The notes under the pieces: model-generated
The model's database searches: none
The model's input: the letters and a program-made list of their open reading frames with translations, nothing else
Told to the model about the DNA's origin: nothing
In this document: piece by piece, positions 62,119 to 64,000 of the stretch
Layout of the letters: every line of letters begins with the position of its first letter
How positions within the stretch are numbered: the first letter of the stretch is position 1
Source of the DNA: Mobula birostris
Taxonomy: Eukaryota
Length of the DNA stretch: 64,000 nt
Direction of reading: 5' to 3'
NCBI RefSeq assembly: GCF_030028105.1
Contig: NC_092388.1
Location: 10,812,508 to 10,876,507 of the forward strand
Made by a program: the position numbers and the translations under genes

Positions 62119-63211
62119 ACGTATTTCGTCGGAGTCCTTTGAGATAGGTATATGCACATTGTTTTTTTAAAGTTCATTTTGTGTTCGGTGTTTTTTCCTT
62201 ACCTTTATCTGTTGAGAAGGTTTACTACAGGAATGGTGGGTTTAAGACTGGCAATTACCGTTGCAATCTATTTAAATATTACCTAGACGGTCGTAATTTG
62301 TCTGGGCTATATAGCAATGGTGCTGTAACGTTTGTCGGCTTTTGTTGAGTTTTATGACTTGCTAGTATATCTGGGTTGTTGCTGTCTTGGACGAGTGGTT
62401 TCAGTTGAGCGAACAGCCACGAAGACAGAGGAAGCAGCGCACCGCTCGGATGTAGGACATTGGTTTTCTTCGAACAAAATGCACTCCAGATCTTTAAATC
62501 TGCAAAATTCAGAAGAGTTTGAAGAATCGAAATACTCTAGCAGATCAAACATCTGGAAGTATTCAGGATGAAGGTGAGATCTGTATGAAGAGCGAAGTCC
62601 ATTATCGTATATTTAAACCAATAGGTATGGGATCATGTATAACAAACACGTGTTTTTGGTATATTTTAAATGTAATCTGTGGTTTTAGCAAAGGAAAGTT
62701 AATGCTACTGTATGGGTTATTTTCTTTTTGGGTGGGGAATATGGAAGAAGAAGAAAAAGAAAATATATATTTATTGTCTGTGCCATCTGACTAGCTCTTC
62801 GGGCAAACCTTGAACTCGTTATTATTGCAGTGCACGCAAGTTACAATAGCTTATCATTACTAGAATGAATGACATGTATAGAGATCGCGTGAAATCCTGC
62901 ACAGGGATAATAAAGAACCCCGCCATATTTAGTGGGGTCTAACAAGTATTCTCGTGCTGAATTTGCAATTCAATTTATTCATTTGAATTGGAATCCGGCA
63001 TCAAAACCCCGAAAACCCCTCGATTATTTGGGAATAATTTTAGGGACAAACAGCCTGGCATGTTGGAGCGTCCTTCGATTCTGGTAAATGTATGCAAGAT
63101 TTTGACGGGAAGCGCAATGATTGTGACCTTTATCTGAGTAAGCTTGTTGAATGTGCATTCAGATTGCCCCCTACTTATGTACAGTGATAGGAATCTAAAG
63201 ATCTGAGATAG

Positions 63212-63294
63212 AACTGACCTGTGATTTAGGTAGTTTCATGTTGTTGGGGTAAAGTCTAACTCTACAACACGAAACTGCCTGAATTACTGCAGTT
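63212..63294 (+). ncRNA. MIR196: mir-196 precursor (HoxA copy, positional orthologue of mir-196b)
   Basis: Mature TAGGTAGTTTCATGTTGTTGGG at 63227-63248, complementary 3' arm CTACAACACGAAACTGCCTG, basal stem AACTG/CAGTT, located downstream of HoxA10. Confidence 0.96.
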
Positions 63295-64000
63295 ATCGTC
63301 TTCGCCAGTGAGTTCTTGAGCTGGTTTGGAAAGAAACATCAGATACTTTAAAAAAAAGCAAGAAAAAAATTAAAAGCTTTTGGTTTGATACGGCCAGCGG
63401 TAAAGTTCTGTAACAGGAATAAAAACGTGTAGCAAAACGATATAGTAGATTCCTATTGTATAACTTTCCACCCCCGCCCATTCCGAAATTAATGCAATGG
63501 TATTTTTTTTTAAAGAGCACAAGAGATTCTTCTTTATTTTATAAACTAAAGCTGGATTGTGCTTTCCGAACGATGTGGAATTTCCTGAATATAACATTCT
63601 ACATTCGATCTGTTTGTTTTTCCTAAGAAGGATCAAGTTCATGTTTAAATTAAATATGATACATTTCGATTTCCCTTCAATATGTGTGCGCTGTCGAAAC
63701 ATTATTTGAAAGCACCGATGATAGTCCGCGGTACCCTGCTGCAGATCGCTGCAGTTTCATACGTACGGCGGCGTAATCGATGCATTTCAGATTTCCATTT
63801 TGTTAGTGATAAATATTCCAAGTTACATTAGCATAGCTAAAAAAAGTCACATATTTGCTTGATACATTCTGTGCATGGTTCATATTGTAATTCGTGGTGA
63901 AAATTTGAAATAGAAAAAAGGTCCTTGCAACATGATTTAAGATACGCATTTTATGCATATGTATTCTACCATGTGCAAGACAAAGAAATTACTTGAAAGG

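Overview
Eukaryotic genomic DNA from a cartilaginous fish. The repeat families and Hox proteins point to an elasmobranch, probably a ray (inferred). The window covers the 5' (posterior) end of the HoxA cluster on the + strand: HoxA13 (32849-34141), HoxA11 (45884-47901), HoxA10 (58771-61378) and the HoxA-linked mir-196 hairpin (63212-63294). There is no HoxA12, and a 244-N gap lies at 45196-45439. The first ~25.6 kb is packed with transposable elements: a Tc1 derivative, an integrase-deleted Gypsy element with both LTRs, PBS and PPT, a solo LTR nested in a V-SINE, Rex1/Babar and CR1 LINE fragments, Penelope ends and SINEs. The rest is almost free of them. The main hidden signal is a heavily decayed Hox14-type pseudogene (candidate psi-HoxA14) about 8-9 kb upstream of HoxA13. 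It has an exon-1 remnant at ~23448-23700 and a homeobox exon-2 remnant from 25040, and a full CTCF site lies inside the former coding exon. Other points of interest are a stop codon that turns the HOXA10 N-terminal extension into a 3-codon uORF, an ancient Deu-SINE tail inside the cluster, repeated NR6A1/NR5A-type sites around HoxA13, and decayed hammerhead-like motifs in Penelope ends. All family assignments were made by eye, without database searches.
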